DNA of 58,380 nt from the NCBI GenBank assembly GCA_001780285.1, contig MFGN01000003.1:1-58380 (forward strand), given 5' to 3'. Each line of letters opens with the position of its first letter. The stretch's first letter is position 1. The position numbers and the translations under genes were made by a program. Shown here in pieces: positions 57,069 to 58,380 of the stretch. Source of the stretch: Candidatus Falkowbacteria bacterium RIFOXYD12_FULL_34_57 (GTDB taxonomy: Bacteria > Patescibacteriota > Patescibacteriia > Patescibacteriales > UBA12075). Under the pieces are notes generated by a model that saw only the letters and a program-made list of their open reading frames with translations, did no database searches and was not told the DNA's origin.

Positions 57069-58235
57069 CTAATAATGATTATTTACAACCATACCAGCAT
57101 TATCAATTGTTGAGAGAACCAAATTCATGTTTTCCATCTTTGGATTAGTTAGGTCAAAAATAAATTTAGCATCACCTTGAGTAATATTCGTGCATCCGGC
57201 GCTTCTTTGAGTACCAAAATCATCATGCCAATAAGTTCCATGGACTGCAAATGAACCTTTATAATACATTACCCAGGGAACATCTGGCAGGTCATAAGCA
57301 TGAGTGGCAATTGGTGGTGCTCCAACCATTCTGGCTTTTTCCATTTTCAACCAAACATTATAAGTCCCAACGGCAGTTGGGGTTTGTGGACTACCCACTG
57401 AAACATAGGTCGACATTATGTCCTGATCATATTTATATAAAGTTAAAACTTTTTTTGAAATATTAAGATCTACCCAATAATTATTATTTTGAACACTGTC
57501 CGGTATAAGCACTTTTTTTTCCGGAAAGGGTTGAGCTATTACATTGATAAAAAATGAGTCTATATATGCCCCCGGATATCGTCCCCCATCTATCTTGTAC
57601 CAAGTAAAACCATCGCTCTTTATTATATCAAGAACCTTAACCGTGTTGGTGATATACAATTTACCTAATACTTTAGAATCACTCCTCGGTTCCTCTACAA
57701 CATTCACATATTTTTTATTCACTCTTCCCCACCAACCAAGATATTGCCACTGCCTAGAAATCTGTTTACCAAAATTATCTAAAATTATTTTTCCCATGGG
57801 TATTGTTTTTAAATCCATATTCGTAATGCCAAGTGCAAATTGGCGCATTACAACAAGGGCATCGATGCCGTCCGCCATGTAAACCAATGATTTATCGGTT
57901 GGGTTAACATAATAAACCCTGCCATCGTCTTCGGGTTTTATCAAAATTAATCCCCTGAATCTATCGGGTGTAGTACTTGCAATTTTTAAAAAATCATCAT
58001 TAGAAACACCCAATGACAAATTACTCATGACATTATAAGCATCGGTTGGAGTTCCTAAATAATAGCGGTGAAAATCACCAGGATAAACATACCAAGCTTC
58101 TCCATTTTTATCAACATCTAAAAGAATTTTTCCACTCAGAAGACTTGAAAGATTGTCTTCTGGAAATGCTAGAACCGAAACAATAAAAGAAAAGAAGGAA
58201 ACAATAATAAATAAGCTATATTTTAGCAGCTTCAT
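57069..58235 (-). CDS. L,D-transpeptidase (YkuD) family protein
   Basis: Signal peptide, GEAWYVYP-type repeats, SH3-like segment, VSVG...PT..G, AVHGTYWH...SAGCTN. Confidence 0.88.
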   Translation of the reverse strand: MKLLKYSLFIIVSFFSFIVSVLAFPEDNLSSLLSGKILLDVDKNGEAWYVYPGDFHRYYLGTPTDAYNVMSNLSLGVSNDDFLKIASTTPDRFRGLILIKPEDDGRVYYVNPTDKSLVYMADGIDALVVMRQFALGITNMDLKTIPMGKIILDNFGKQISRQWQYLGWWGRVNKKYVNVVEEPRSDSKVLGKLYITNTVKVLDIIKSDGFTWYKIDGGRYPGAYIDSFFINVIAQPFPEKKVLIPDSVQNNNYWVDLNISKKVLTLYKYDQDIMSTYVSVGSPQTPTAVGTYNVWLKMEKARMVGAPPIATHAYDLPDVPWVMYYKGSFAVHGTYWHDDFGTQRSAGCTNITQGDAKFIFDLTNPKMENMNLVLSTIDNAGMVVNNHY

Positions 58236-58255
58236 AGAATTGTGTTTACCAACTA

Positions 58256-58284
58256 ATCTTAATCAATATTTCAATAAAGGTCAA
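58256..58284 (-). promoter_or_regulatory. promoter of L,D-transpeptidase
   Basis: TTGACC-17 bp-TAAGAT. Confidence 0.5.
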
Positions 58285-58289
58285 ACGAT

Positions 58290-58380
58290 TGTATTAGTTC
58301 ACCACATATTGGACAACATAGCCATTATTGATTAAATAATCCACAGGAGTCTCTAAATTTAGCCCCCAATGGAAACGTTT
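58290..58380 (-). mobile_element. probable end of an IS481-like element with transposase C-terminus
   Basis: Partial ORF KRFHWGLNLETPVDYL.. (stop at 58294) resembles the integrase-core tail R.H.GL...TP; end reads 5'-TGTATTAGTTC. Confidence 0.45.

Noticed and set aside
1-58380. CRISPR array, rRNA, integrase or reverse transcriptase
   Set aside because: No regularly spaced direct repeats, rRNA-like tract or matching protein motifs seen.
1-58380. Alternative genetic code (TGA=Gly)
   Set aside because: Conserved genes are full length under code 11, and TGA ends rfbD at the expected length.

Overview
AT-rich, gene-dense bacterial chromosome segment in standard genetic code. Gene content and SD-less core genes suggest Patescibacteria/CPR (Parcubacteria-like); this is an inference. 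Core genes: uppS, split dTDP-rhamnose pathway (rfbC/B/D and a distant rfbA), tRNA-Thr(TGT), mtaB-type methylthiotransferase, P-type ATPase, a surface-glycan cluster (GT2/GT4, flippase, O-antigen ligase-like), greA, lysS, serS, ddl, an ftsQ-like gene and cca. Accessory islets have strong SD and TTGACA promoters: a PrkA-YeaH-SpoVR-PrkA2 operon, orphan genes and a LemA-like/TPM-like pair. A double ATP-grasp gene lies beside an L,D-transpeptidase, and a probable IS481-type end sits at the right edge. The strongest unexplained signal is several families of short palindromic elements. Three TGTC...TGACA elements sit in-frame inside the O-antigen ligase gene, with intergenic relatives nearby. A shared structured leader precedes two unrelated genes. 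No CRISPR array or rRNA was seen. All calls are by eye from motifs; no searches were run.
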